DNA of 42,556 nt from positions 1 to 42,556 of the IMG/VR virus record IMGVR_UViG_3300020045_003090, one strand, 5' to 3'. Numbering within the stretch: the stretch's first letter is position 1; the number at the start of each line of letters is the position of its first letter. The notes beneath the pieces were generated by a model. It searched no databases. It was not told where the DNA came from and saw only the letters and a program-made list of their open reading frames with translations. Positions 16,118-25,434 of this stretch are shown in pieces. This DNA comes from a virus (Duplodnaviria > Caudoviricetes). The position numbers were made by a program, and so were the translations under genes.

Positions 16118-16694
16118 GCTGAAAGACATCATTGACATAATTAATACCGGCATCGAAGCTGAATTAGCTGACAAACGATTTGCAGGTAGCGTATTTCATG
16201 CCATTGCAACACAATCAGATGACAGCAATGCAACTACATCGCCTTACATAATTGATTCGTTTGGTGAAGCTACAAATGTGCTGTACGATGATAATAAACC
16301 TGTTGTGCTTTATCATAAGTACAACGGCAGTAATACATACAGGAGTGAAAGCATTAGTCAGTTTGGCGATGATAACGAAAAAGTATCAACGGCATATAAT
16401 ATAACGCTAATCGTTTTCGGTTCGCGTAATTTAACGCAATTGCAGCCTGATGACTTAGAAACATTGATAGTATCGGGTATGCCAACGGCATTAACAAATG
16501 CACAATTAAACACATTGAATCTACTTGGTTGTAATATTATTGTGAGTGGTTCGGATCACAATAGTATAAATATCTTTAAAAGAGAGTTTACCGGACAACA
16601 AAAGAAGTTTGACCCGCGCATTTATATGTTCGCGTTAAATTACACAATCGAATGTAGTTACGATAAGGGCTGCATTAATACTTTATGTTGTTAA
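16110..16694 (+). CDS. Tail terminator-like protein
   Basis: Size and position just before the tail tube candidate. Confidence 0.45.
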   Translation: MAKLKDIIDIINTGIEAELADKRFAGSVFHAIATQSDDSNATTSPYIIDSFGEATNVLYDDNKPVVLYHKYNGSNTYRSESISQFGDDNEKVSTAYNITLIVFGSRNLTQLQPDDLETLIVSGMPTALTNAQLNTLNLLGCNIIVSGSDHNSINIFKREFTGQQKKFDPRIYMFALNYTIECSYDKGCINTLCC

Positions 16695-16714
16695 TTAATT
16701 AATACTTAAATATC

Positions 16715-17260
16715 ATGGCAATTACTTATCCAACGGGTTGCGACACGCTATTAGATAGCCACGTCTGCGACCCATGTCAAGCGGATGAACATGGTCGGGT
16801 TAGGGGCGTAGCCTTTTATGATTCTGACTATACGTTTGTAGATTTGGGAAGTTCTGCTGAATGGGATGCTTTGCTACTTGCAGGGCGAGCGTGGGTTATC
16901 CAACAAACCAACGGTGAATACGATGGAGGCACTCCAACATTTACTGAAGGCTTTGGTGATGCACCGCAATCGTACTCATCATCAGAATTTAAACTGGTTT
17001 ACAATGACCCGACATTTATCGGGAACCGCGACTTTTACAATGCGCTAACCAAAACACGCGACAAAAAGGTAGCGTGGAGGTCAGAAACGATAATTCAAAC
17101 ATCTGACGTAGCTGTTACGGTGTTCGCAAAATCGGCAATCGAAAATGACGTAAAATCGAAGCGGGTGTGGAATGTTGAAGTAACATTCAGCCAAGCGGAT
17201 GAACCGGTGCAAGATACCGTTCCTGCGGGCATCTTCGACTTATGTTATAACGTAACGTAA
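16715..17260 (+). CDS. Major tail (tube) protein candidate
   Basis: Acidic beta-rich 181-aa protein, last in the operon and followed by a terminator. Confidence 0.55.
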   Translation: MAITYPTGCDTLLDSHVCDPCQADEHGRVRGVAFYDSDYTFVDLGSSAEWDALLLAGRAWVIQQTNGEYDGGTPTFTEGFGDAPQSYSSSEFKLVYNDPTFIGNRDFYNALTKTRDKKVAWRSETIIQTSDVAVTVFAKSAIENDVKSKRVWNVEVTFSQADEPVQDTVPAGIFDLCYNVT

Positions 17261-17292
17261 TAGAGGTTATTCATAGGTTTATTTTTGGGGAA

Positions 17293-17319
17293 GTGCGGTC
17301 AGTTTTGGCCGCATTTTTT
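17293..17319 (+). terminator. Rho-independent terminator
   Basis: GTGCGGTCA-GTTT-TGGCCGCAT followed by a T run. Confidence 0.8.
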
Positions 17320-17500
17320 ATTTTTATACCAATCAATTTTTAAAAGGCGATTGGTAATCCCCGTTTGAATCCCCTTTTAAATTGCCTGTCAAAATAGTTT
17401 TAAAACATATAATTGATTAATTTATGCAACTTTATTGTTAAAGTTTTAAGCTACATTATCAATCACTTACGTTAATTATAGAAAATTATTTTGCTTCAAA

Positions 17501-17580
17501 TGTCGGGTGTATTATAAAATGTTATACTATTGCAAAGTCAAATCAAAACAAACACTAACAATTTAAAGTCAAACAAAATG
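17501..17580 (+). promoter_or_regulatory. Promoter plus translation leader module, copy 1
   Basis: TGTCGGGTGTATTATAAAATGTTATAC is identical at 25989-26015; CTAACAATTTAAAGTCAAA(A)CAAAATG is also shared. Confidence 0.7.
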
Positions 17581-17820
17581 AAAATTCAAATCGAAAAAGT
17601 TATCGAGGTAAAAACAGACAGAAATTATGAAAGTCTTAATTCAATAATAAGACATGCATTAGCAGCTCATGGTTTTGAAGAATTTAAAATCAATATGATG
17701 TATAAGAAAAATGTCATAGATGCAGATTTCTTTATCTATTACGGTTCAGCACATATAGCTGTTCATGAGATACTTCCAACAGGCGAAAAATCAGAAAGAC
17801 TATTATTAATATCAAAATAA
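17578..17820 (+). CDS. Hypothetical (early) protein
   Basis: ATG at the end of the duplicated leader (MKIQIEK). Confidence 0.6.
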   Translation: MKIQIEKVIEVKTDRNYESLNSIIRHALAAHGFEEFKINMMYKKNVIDADFFIYYGSAHIAVHEILPTGEKSERLLLISK

Positions 17821-17900
17821 AAGAGGTTTTGGTTCGGTTGCCTATTTTCCGCGAAATGGGCGCAGGGTAACCGCTTTTTCAAAACATTAAATTCAAAGCA

Positions 17901-18113
17901 ATGACAACAAGACGAGTAACTGAAATCAAAAGACCCGGCCAATTCTTATACAATGGTTGGTCTTATAAATGTGAATCATGCGGCATCTGTACGCAGGATT
18001 ATAGCATGCCAATGTTTTGGCGCATTAACAAGGGTGTTACATTTGAATGGCTGCAATGCCCAAACCCTAAATGTTTACGCAAAGGGAATATCTACATTAA
18101 TAAACATAAATAA
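17901..18113 (+). CDS. Zn-ribbon protein
   Basis: CESCG...CPNPKC. Confidence 0.55.
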   Translation: MTTRRVTEIKRPGQFLYNGWSYKCESCGICTQDYSMPMFWRINKGVTFEWLQCPNPKCLRKGNIYINKHK

Positions 18114-18135
18114 TCACAATTAAATTCAAAAGAAA

Positions 18136-18411
18136 ATGAACCAAAAAGAAAACCTCGAAAAGTTGGTTGCCGAATTTATAGAATCGGCATCAATCTTAAT
18201 GCCCGGTGTGCATGTATCGATTGACTTAAAACAAATTGACCCGCATGACCTTAGCCAAGTCAATAATGAATGCAGCCGCAGTTACATTGCTGATAGCCAT
18301 ACAGGCGAAGTAACTTATAAGTTATCTTCATTCAAATGGTTAGATTCAGAAATGAAGCATGCATTACATCTGTCATCTAAAAAAATAAACGTAACCCCGA
18401 TAAACTCATGA
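18136..18411 (+). CDS. Hypothetical protein
   Basis: Intact ORF overlapping the ERF start. Confidence 0.55.
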   Translation: MNQKENLEKLVAEFIESASILMPGVHVSIDLKQIDPHDLSQVNNECSRSYIADSHTGEVTYKLSSFKWLDSEMKHALHLSSKKINVTPINS

Positions 18412-19070
18412 GCATCTACAACAAACTGCTTGCAATTCAGCACCGTATAATCGGACTTGGCAAGGATAAAAAAGGGAACAACTACGATTACGTTACCGGT
18501 AACAAACTTTTGAATGAAGTTAAACCTATGATGAATGATTTGAAGCTGATTCTGAAGCAAGAAATCATTAGTATTGACAACGAAAGAATTGACTACCGCA
18601 CCGGAATAGGTACGCAATACGAAAAACCTAAATCAGAAATATTATCAAAAGTAATGATGAGGTTTACTTGGGTTGATTGCGAAACTGGTGAAAGTGATGT
18701 TAATATGTTTGGCGCAAATGGTCAAAATGATTGGGATAAAGGAGTTGGCAGCGCGTTAACTTATGGTGAAAGGTACTTCCTGCTTAAATACTTTCACATT
18801 GCAACGGATGAAGATGATATTGATAATCCTGACCGAAAGAAAGAAGAACCGCAACCACAGGCACCGCAGCCGCCAAAAAAGGAATTTAAACCGGCCACAA
18901 CTGAACTGACTACAGCGCAAAAAGAAAGCGTGTATAAGTTACTCAGCACTTCATCGCTTACTATACCTGAACGTGCGAAAATATCTGAAAGCATGAATAA
19001 CGAAAAATGGGACTCGGCTAAATTTGAAAAGTGTGTTGAATATTTAAAAACTAAACAGGTACAGGCATGA
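18408..19070 (+). CDS. ERF-family single-strand annealing recombinase
   Basis: DKGVGSALTYGERYFLLKYFHIATDEDDID is the ERF signature. Confidence 0.85.
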   Translation: MSIYNKLLAIQHRIIGLGKDKKGNNYDYVTGNKLLNEVKPMMNDLKLILKQEIISIDNERIDYRTGIGTQYEKPKSEILSKVMMRFTWVDCETGESDVNMFGANGQNDWDKGVGSALTYGERYFLLKYFHIATDEDDIDNPDRKKEEPQPQAPQPPKKEFKPATTELTTAQKESVYKLLSTSSLTIPERAKISESMNNEKWDSAKFEKCVEYLKTKQVQA

Positions 19071-20308
19071 AAGAAAATCTAAAATGGGAAACGAAGAAGG
19101 TAAAAGTTAAAGACCTTATTCAACTGGATATAAACCCGCGAAAAATATCCGATGAGAAAAAACAGAAACTTGTTGCAAGTTTAGAAAAGTTTAACTTGGT
19201 AGAAATACCTGCGGTTAATACCGACATGCAAATTATAGGCGGGAACCAACGAGTAACAGCGTTAATGATGGCAGGCAGGGGCGAAGAGGAGATTGATGTA
19301 AGATTCCCGAATCGTAAACTTACCAAAAAGGAAGTAAAAGAATACGCCATAATAAGCAACACGCACGCAGGTGAGTTTGACTTTGATATGTTGGATTTAG
19401 AGTTTGGCGACATTGACCTTGCTGACATCGGATTTAATATTGAAGGGTTGGATGCGTGGCAAAAACAAAATGAAGCAGCAATTGTAGCCGAAGAAGATGA
19501 TTTCGATGTTCCCGAAGGTGGAATTGAAACAGATATAGTGCTTGGCGATTTGTTTGAGATAGGCGAGCATCGTTTGCTTTGCGGTGATAGCACTGATTCA
19601 GATTCGGTTGCTAAACTTATGAATGGTCAGAAGGCAAATATGTTATTTACAGACCCTCCGTACTTAATGGGATTCACAGGTAATGTTCATGCAGACGGAA
19701 GTAAAAGCCATAACGCAAAACATGGTGCGATACTTAACGATAAAATGAGCAAGGATGATGGCAAAAGGTTTATAAATGATTTAATTGTTAATGCATCCAT
19801 ATTTACAGAAGGCGCATTTTATATTTGTTTTTATAGGTTGGGTATGCATTATATTTTTAATGCCTTACACGATAATAAAATAGAATATAAAGCTGTAATT
19901 ATATGGGATAAAGGAAACCACACTTTAAGCAACAGCGATTACATGAGCAAATACGAGCCTATTATTTATGGATGGTTCAATAAGCATAAATTTTATGGCA
20001 GTCGTTCAAGCTTTGATATATGGCAAATCGACAGAACTACGAAAAATGATTTGCCCCCGACAATGAAACCAATTGCATTGTGCGAAAAGGCTATTAATAA
20101 CAGTTCGGAGCATAACGCGATAGTATTAGACCTTTTCTTAGGAAGCGGCAGCACAATGGTAGCCGCACATCAACTTAAACGCAAATGCTACGGAATGGAA
20201 CTCGACCCGAAATATTGCGAAGTTATTGTACAGCGTATGCGAAAACTTGACCCAACAATCAAAATAACCAAAAACGGCAAAGAATGGAATACAACGAAGA
20301 TTTCTTAA
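19067..20308 (+). CDS. ParB-like domain fused to a DNA N6-adenine/N4-cytosine methyltransferase
   Basis: NPRKI...IIGGNQR (ParB-like), HRLLCGDS, FTDPPY and LDLFLGSGST. Confidence 0.9.
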   Translation: MKENLKWETKKVKVKDLIQLDINPRKISDEKKQKLVASLEKFNLVEIPAVNTDMQIIGGNQRVTALMMAGRGEEEIDVRFPNRKLTKKEVKEYAIISNTHAGEFDFDMLDLEFGDIDLADIGFNIEGLDAWQKQNEAAIVAEEDDFDVPEGGIETDIVLGDLFEIGEHRLLCGDSTDSDSVAKLMNGQKANMLFTDPPYLMGFTGNVHADGSKSHNAKHGAILNDKMSKDDGKRFINDLIVNASIFTEGAFYICFYRLGMHYIFNALHDNKIEYKAVIIWDKGNHTLSNSDYMSKYEPIIYGWFNKHKFYGSRSSFDIWQIDRTTKNDLPPTMKPIALCEKAINNSSEHNAIVLDLFLGSGSTMVAAHQLKRKCYGMELDPKYCEVIVQRMRKLDPTIKITKNGKEWNTTKIS

Positions 20309-20586
20309 AAAAGATGGTGCAGGTGGGAACGCTCGGCTACCCACTATCAAAGATTGTTAATGTGCTTGATATTGACAACGAAAAGCAATTTACAAAAGAC
20401 TTTGATAATAAAAATCATCCTATTGCAAAAGCGTATCAAAAAGGCATTGATAAAGCAGATTTTGTGATAGATTCTAAACTGTTTGATATGGCTAAAAATG
20501 GCGATTTAAAAGCATTGAAAGAATATGATGAGCGCAAAAGAAAAAACATTTATAAATCAAATAAGCAAAATAACGAAAGGCTATGA
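20284..20586 (+). CDS. HTH-like phage protein
   Basis: GYPLSKIVNVLDI helix-turn-helix-like segment; follows the MTase. Confidence 0.5.
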   Translation: MEYNEDFLKKMVQVGTLGYPLSKIVNVLDIDNEKQFTKDFDNKNHPIAKAYQKGIDKADFVIDSKLFDMAKNGDLKALKEYDERKRKNIYKSNKQNNERL

Positions 20587-20936
20587 TAACCATCCCCGCA
20601 CAACTCGAATCAATAGCAACGCGCAAAGACAACACAATGCGCGTTGCATTTGGCACTCAGGAATTACCGCCATCGGTAGCCGGTGATTTGTTCAGCATGC
20701 AGAATCGCTACTGTTATTTATCCATCAAAGCTGAACCGTTCCGCGATGAAGAAATAAAAGCCATATCGCAATTAGAAGCCAATAGTGATGATGGTTTTAA
20801 ATCGCCATCGCAAAGGATGCGCGGTGTATTGTTCAGGTTATTCGAGCAAAATAACGAAGGCTACAAAACATTCACGCTTTATTACGATTCCAAAATGGAG
20901 CAATTTATTAATCATTTAAAAGCAAAAATACTATGA
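20583..20936 (+). CDS. Phage hypothetical protein
   Basis: KSPSQRMRGVLFRLF motif; ATGA-coupled to neighbours. Confidence 0.6.
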   Translation: MITIPAQLESIATRKDNTMRVAFGTQELPPSVAGDLFSMQNRYCYLSIKAEPFRDEEIKAISQLEANSDDGFKSPSQRMRGVLFRLFEQNNEGYKTFTLYYDSKMEQFINHLKAKIL

Positions 20937-21319
20937 CATTAGAAACTATCATCCAAAACATTGAGCGTAACAGTTACCGCGAATTAACGCTTACAAAGGA
21001 ATTTGTGCGCATTTGCGAAGTGGTGCGCAATTACTTTCAGGTTGAAGAAAGCCTGTTTTACAATGCCGAAAAAACACGAAAACGTGATGTTGTAGATGCG
21101 CGGGCGGTTGCCATATTTTTCGGGCATAAGCATTACGAATCATTCGGGTTGTTCGGTTGGAGCCGGATGGCATCGGTACCGAATATGGATCATGCATCAA
21201 TGATTCACAACAACACAAAGATTAATTCATTGCTGAAGTACGACAGGCCTATACAATTAGTTGTTACTCGGATTGCAGAATTACTTAACAAAGAAGTGGA
21301 GGTTGAAAATGCTTCTTAG
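20933..21319 (+). CDS. DnaA C-terminal HTH-like DNA-binding protein
   Basis: RKRDVVDARAVAIF...MDHASMIH matches the DnaA domain IV pattern. Confidence 0.7.
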   Translation: MTLETIIQNIERNSYRELTLTKEFVRICEVVRNYFQVEESLFYNAEKTRKRDVVDARAVAIFFGHKHYESFGLFGWSRMASVPNMDHASMIHNNTKINSLLKYDRPIQLVVTRIAELLNKEVEVENAS

Positions 21320-21461
21320 ATTCATTTTAGCATTATTCCTGCTAATCGGATTTTTTACATTCATTTTTGAAATGATTGGTAATTCTATTATATGGATATT
21401 TACCGGAAAATTTAACGAGCCTTTAATAATATTTGTACTTAAAGAAATAAAGGAACTATGA
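21308..21461 (+). CDS. Small membrane protein
   Basis: Hydrophobic MLLRFILALFLLIGFF; start approximate. Confidence 0.4.
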
Positions 21462-21742
21462 AAACAATAATCATCATCCTATCACTACTTACATTTGCAA
21501 GCTGCAAAAAGTGCGTAACCTGCAACAGCGAAGTTACTACAACAACGTATTACTACATGATGAGTAACCCTGACAAACATTATTTAACGCAAACCGATGT
21601 AGCTTCGATTTCAGAAGATTTATGCGAAATGTCGAATAAGGATATAAAAGCCAAAGAAGGTTACACCGGCAGCGTTACTGAGGTTGTTATTGGCACAAAG
21701 CACTACGTTACCGATGTAAAAATTGATTGCAATTGTAAATGA
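21458..21742 (+). CDS. Lipoprotein
   Basis: Signal peptide ending in the lipobox TFAS-C. Confidence 0.65.
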   Translation: MKTIIIILSLLTFASCKKCVTCNSEVTTTTYYYMMSNPDKHYLTQTDVASISEDLCEMSNKDIKAKEGYTGSVTEVVIGTKHYVTDVKIDCNCK

Positions 21743-21757
21743 TATTGAAATAGTTTT

Positions 21758-21765
21758 TATATTTG
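21758..21765 (+). promoter_or_regulatory. Bacteroidota -7 promoter element for the replication genes
   Basis: TATATTTG in the intergenic gap. Confidence 0.55.
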
Positions 21766-21924
21766 CGATGCTGAAGTGATAAATCAGTTATAATAAAACG
21801 GTATAATGAAAAAAGTAATCAAACATTTTAGCCCCAAGTGGGATTGTGTAGTAGGCGAGTACCGTTGCCTGCATTGCCTTATCAGCAGCACAATTTCGCT
21901 TGGGGCAATTATATTTTAATAGCT

Positions 21925-22125
21925 ATGATATACAAATGCTACGTTTTTAACGAACAGGAAATGAAGGCATATATTAATGCTGACAACCAACTATTCATTG
22001 AAATTTCAACATCAGATAGTGATAATATGCTTAATCAATCCATTGTTTTAGATGTTGATGAGGCAAAAGATTTAATTAGTTATCTTAATGAGTTAATTAA
22101 GCAAATCGAAACTGAAAATGGCTGA
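21925..22125 (+). CDS. Small acidic hypothetical protein
   Basis: Probable start MIYKCY; the longer track ORF reads through a leader hairpin. Confidence 0.5.
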   Translation: MIYKCYVFNEQEMKAYINADNQLFIEISTSDSDNMLNQSIVLDVDEAKDLISYLNELIKQIETENG

Positions 22126-22927
22126 ATTTAACACATACAAAATAAGCCGCAGGTGGTTTGACTTTTGCTTTGAAAATCCTGATTTAATAAGCACATCTCA
22201 CACAGCTATTTTATTTTTTGCCATTGAACATTGCAACCGGTTAGGCCAAAAAGAAAAATTCGGGTTCCCTTCACAAATGGCATGTGATGCAGTTGGTATA
22301 AAAAGAGTTCAAACATTCATTAAATATTTAGATGATTTGATTGAGTGGGGATTTATAAAAATGATTCAAAAATCAAAAAATCAATGGAGTTCAAATGTCA
22401 TTTCTATAAATTTTGCCATGCCAAAAAACGTTGGAGCAACTGTTGAAGCAAGTGTTAAAGCACTTGATAAAGCAATGTTAGAGCATAGGGATAAGCAAGT
22501 GTTAAAGCAAATGTCCTATAATAAAACAACTAAACAACTAAACAACTTAACAACTAAACAACTTAATAATACAGCATCTCAAAATTTTGAATCTGAAAAT
22601 GAAGTTGAAACTGAAAAAAATATTGAACAGCGAAAAATTGATTTTTTTAATCAGGTCGGGTTGCAGTTTTCAACTCAATACGCCAATTCGATGCTAAATG
22701 AATTTTGCGAATATTGGGCTGAACATAATCCGAACGGTAAAAAGATGCGGTTTGAAATGGAAAAGGTATTCGACATTTCGCGCAGGTTGAAAACTTGGAG
22801 CAATAATAATTTTAAATCTAACAAAAATGGAACTTCAACAAAATCAAAACTCGAACAAACTCAGGACGCATTGCAACGAGCTTATGCTGACATTGATGCA
22901 AAATACGCAAGCAAAGACGTTCGCTGA
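22118..22927 (+). CDS. Replication initiator protein
   Basis: N-terminal wHTH-like region, central repeat linker and C-terminal FCEYW...KMRFEMEKVFDISRRLKTW domain. Confidence 0.7.
   Translation: MAEFNTYKISRRWFDFCFENPDLISTSHTAILFFAIEHCNRLGQKEKFGFPSQMACDAVGIKRVQTFIKYLDDLIEWGFIKMIQKSKNQWSSNVISINFAMPKNVGATVEASVKALDKAMLEHRDKQVLKQMSYNKTTKQLNNLTTKQLNNTASQNFESENEVETEKNIEQRKIDFFNQVGLQFSTQYANSMLNEFCEYWAEHNPNGKKMRFEMEKVFDISRRLKTWSNNNFKSNKNGTSTKSKLEQTQDALQRAYADIDAKYASKDVR
22430..22563 (+). repeat. Iteron-like repeats (putative origin) inside the initiator gene
   Basis: About seven ~12-bp GTTRAAGCA-like units, then five tandem (A/T)AACAACT 8-mers at 22524-22563. Confidence 0.65.
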
Positions 22928-23552
22928 TTGTTTAAACTCTAAATATCCGGTTATCAGTAATCAGTACTGGGATGTTAAATTGCTTGAAAAAAATATTGTT
23001 GACCGGTGTATGTTATTCCTGCAAATCAATTGCGAAAATTCAACCGAAATGAACATTGCAATATCAAAACAATTTGCTGAAGATATTATTGAAACCCGCT
23101 TAGACTGGCGCATTGAGGATATTGATTACTTCTTTAAATTCTTTCGCAGGCGCAAAGATATTCCGGAGTGCTGCATTATGGGTAACAAAATAACTCTTGA
23201 TAAGCTGATGCAGGTTGTAGGGGCTTATGAAATGGAACGCGCAAATGAAAAGGTTATAGCACTAAAAGCGAAATATCAGGAACCTAACGAACCTATATTG
23301 CCGGTTCCGGTTGGAAGCAATGAGATAATAAAAGAAATTTACGAAAGGCTAAAACCGAAAGAAATTGAGTATTCGCAGCGCGAAAAATCAGATGCCGAAT
23401 TACTGATTCAGGACTATATGCGCGAATTTGATGAGTTATTCATGCGCAATCCGGTTGAGGTGCGCGGCAAGCGATTTGTTGAAATTGAAAATATAATGAT
23501 GGAAATAAATGATTTCCTTACTTACAGATTAAGTCAAAATAATTTGGATTAA
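22827..23552 (+). CDS. Replication-associated protein (helicase loader-like position)
   Basis: Overlaps the initiator; function inferred from gene order only. Confidence 0.45.
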   Translation: MELQQNQNSNKLRTHCNELMLTLMQNTQAKTFADCLNSKYPVISNQYWDVKLLEKNIVDRCMLFLQINCENSTEMNIAISKQFAEDIIETRLDWRIEDIDYFFKFFRRRKDIPECCIMGNKITLDKLMQVVGAYEMERANEKVIALKAKYQEPNEPILPVPVGSNEIIKEIYERLKPKEIEYSQREKSDAELLIQDYMREFDELFMRNPVEVRGKRFVEIENIMMEINDFLTYRLSQNNLD

Positions 23553-23576
23553 TAAAAATATTATTATACTTGCAAA

Positions 23577-24689
23577 ATGAAAACTAAACTAACACTACTA
23601 TTTTTTGCGCTGATTGCCTTTGCATCAGCCACGTTTGCCGATGATTGGCAATACCTCGATTCTACTTTCAGGGCAATGGAAACCAAAAAAGAATGCGGTG
23701 GAGTGTTCGATGGTAAACAACGAACATTCAACATCACTAAGCCGGTTAACCTGCCGAAAATAGGCAAGGATAACAAAACAAAAACATTTTACATTAGTAA
23801 CATTGTTGTAAAAGGCGCGGGGTTAATAGCACCTGCATCTGATTGGAAAGACATGCACAATTTCCAAACTAACAGGACTTTTATTTTTGATAACGTGAAT
23901 ATTTACAATGCCGATATAGGCATGCTGATTCAAGGTTCACACCGATCAACATTTAAAAATATATCTTTTTGGAGTTGCCGCACCGGTGCAAGATTTGAAT
24001 TATGCCTCGAAGGTTATGCCGAACAAATGCAGGAGCATCAATGCCGCGATACTGGTGTATATGTCGGAATCAGTAAACTATCAGGATGCACCGAATCAAA
24101 CAGTCAAAGTAACAATTTCAGGATAAACGGATTTAGAAGTTACGGTGCCGGAAATTCGATTGCATTGATTTATCACGGTGTTTCAGGCGGGGTAGTTACA
24201 AACCTAACTAACGAAGGTGGCGGGTGTAAGTGGTTCCTGCTGATTAATTCCAACGGTGGCCGGTTCATGAAGGATTTCCGCGCGGAAAACTTTCATGTGG
24301 AATGTGCAAATAAAGAAGCAGTAGTTAAAATCATTGGCGGTGGTTATGCGAATTACTACATCAGCGATATATTCCCGCAGGTGGGTAATTACCTGATTGA
24401 TGCCGAAGGAAACGGATTTACGGTAAACGTAAGCAACTTACTTTATCAGCCATACAATACAGGTTGGGTAGTTCCTTACATCAAATTTGCCCACAAATCT
24501 CAGCCTAATGGCGAGATATGGTGGAATATTGTAGATTGCGTTACATTGGATAATATCCGAACTTACTACGATGCTCAATACTGGAAAGTTGCATCAGGCT
24601 ACTCAATGCCAAATCCATTTAGTGCCGGGCAAGAAACAAACAACAGAGGCAGCAACAGACTTCGCGAAACACCTTACATACTTAAATAA
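23577..24689 (+). CDS. Secreted parallel beta-helix (pectin lyase-like) protein
   Basis: Sec signal MKTKLTLLFFALIAFASATFA; repeated FDNVNIYN / FKNISFWS / VTNLTNEG rungs. Confidence 0.6.
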   Translation: MKTKLTLLFFALIAFASATFADDWQYLDSTFRAMETKKECGGVFDGKQRTFNITKPVNLPKIGKDNKTKTFYISNIVVKGAGLIAPASDWKDMHNFQTNRTFIFDNVNIYNADIGMLIQGSHRSTFKNISFWSCRTGARFELCLEGYAEQMQEHQCRDTGVYVGISKLSGCTESNSQSNNFRINGFRSYGAGNSIALIYHGVSGGVVTNLTNEGGGCKWFLLINSNGGRFMKDFRAENFHVECANKEAVVKIIGGGYANYYISDIFPQVGNYLIDAEGNGFTVNVSNLLYQPYNTGWVVPYIKFAHKSQPNGEIWWNIVDCVTLDNIRTYYDAQYWKVASGYSMPNPFSAGQETNNRGSNRLRETPYILK

Positions 24690-24700
24690 ACCAAATAGCC

Positions 24701-24796
24701 ATGACAGTAAACAAAGACGAAATGAAAGGTTTAGGCCTGCTGATTGTAGTAGTCATTCTTGCAATTACATTCGTTGCCTTAGTAGTAAATTTATGA
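24701..24796 (+). CDS. 31-aa single-TM peptide (MTVNKDEMKGLGLLIVVVILAITFVALVVNL), not in the ORF track
   Basis: ATG 24701; its TGA overlaps the next ATG. Confidence 0.5.
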   Translation: MTVNKDEMKGLGLLIVVVILAITFVALVVNL

Positions 24797-25146
24797 AGCA
24801 TACCGAATCATCACTTCAGGCCGAATGCGTTAAATGGTTCCGTTACCGTTACCCGCGCGAAATATTATTCGCTATTCCCAATGGTGGCAAGCGTAACGCG
24901 ATAACCGGTGCAATAATGAAACGTGAAGGCGTATTGGCCGGTGTGGCTGATTTATTCCTGATGAAAGGTAGTTGCGGTAACGAAGCATCGCACGGGTTGT
25001 TTTTAGAAACGAAAATAGGCAAAAACAAACAACAGGAATCACAGGAACTATTCATGGAAAAAGCTATTGCCAAAGGTTACGATTACAAAGTTTATTATAC
25101 ATTTGCAGAGTTTCAATCAATCATTTCAAATTATCTAAAATATTAA
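24793..25146 (+). CDS. VRR-NUC domain nuclease
   Basis: ESSLQ...AIPNGGKR...EGVLAGVADL...FLETK...Q motifs; true start MKHTES. Confidence 0.85.
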   Translation: MKHTESSLQAECVKWFRYRYPREILFAIPNGGKRNAITGAIMKREGVLAGVADLFLMKGSCGNEASHGLFLETKIGKNKQQESQELFMEKAIAKGYDYKVYYTFAEFQSIISNYLKY

Positions 25147-25150
25147 AATC

Positions 25151-25423
25151 ATGTCAAATCAAAATCAAACAGTAAAAGTTTATCCGAAAGGCTTAATAGC
25201 TTTCGCCAAAAATGAAAAAGCACCGGACTGGGTTATCGGTTCAATGGTGATTAACCCGAATCAGTTATTTGACTGGCTAAGTGGAGAAGGGGCGCAGTAC
25301 TTAACCGACTACAAAGGTCAGCCGCAATTACGCCTCCACATGGCACACACAAAAGATGGCAAGTTATCAATAAGCGTTGATACTTGGAAGCCTGCCGCTA
25401 CTAAACCTGCTGAACCGTTTTAA
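25151..25423 (+). CDS. Small ssDNA-binding protein-like
   Basis: KAPDW...G, ISVDTWKP and a C-terminal PF tail typical of SSBs. Confidence 0.55.
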   Translation: MSNQNQTVKVYPKGLIAFAKNEKAPDWVIGSMVINPNQLFDWLSGEGAQYLTDYKGQPQLRLHMAHTKDGKLSISVDTWKPAATKPAEPF

Positions 25424-25434
25424 TAATCAAAATC

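Noticed and set aside
24571-24792. N-terminal extension of VRR-NUC in the track
   Set aside because: It overlaps the upstream gene and a small TM ORF; the domain begins at ATG 24793.
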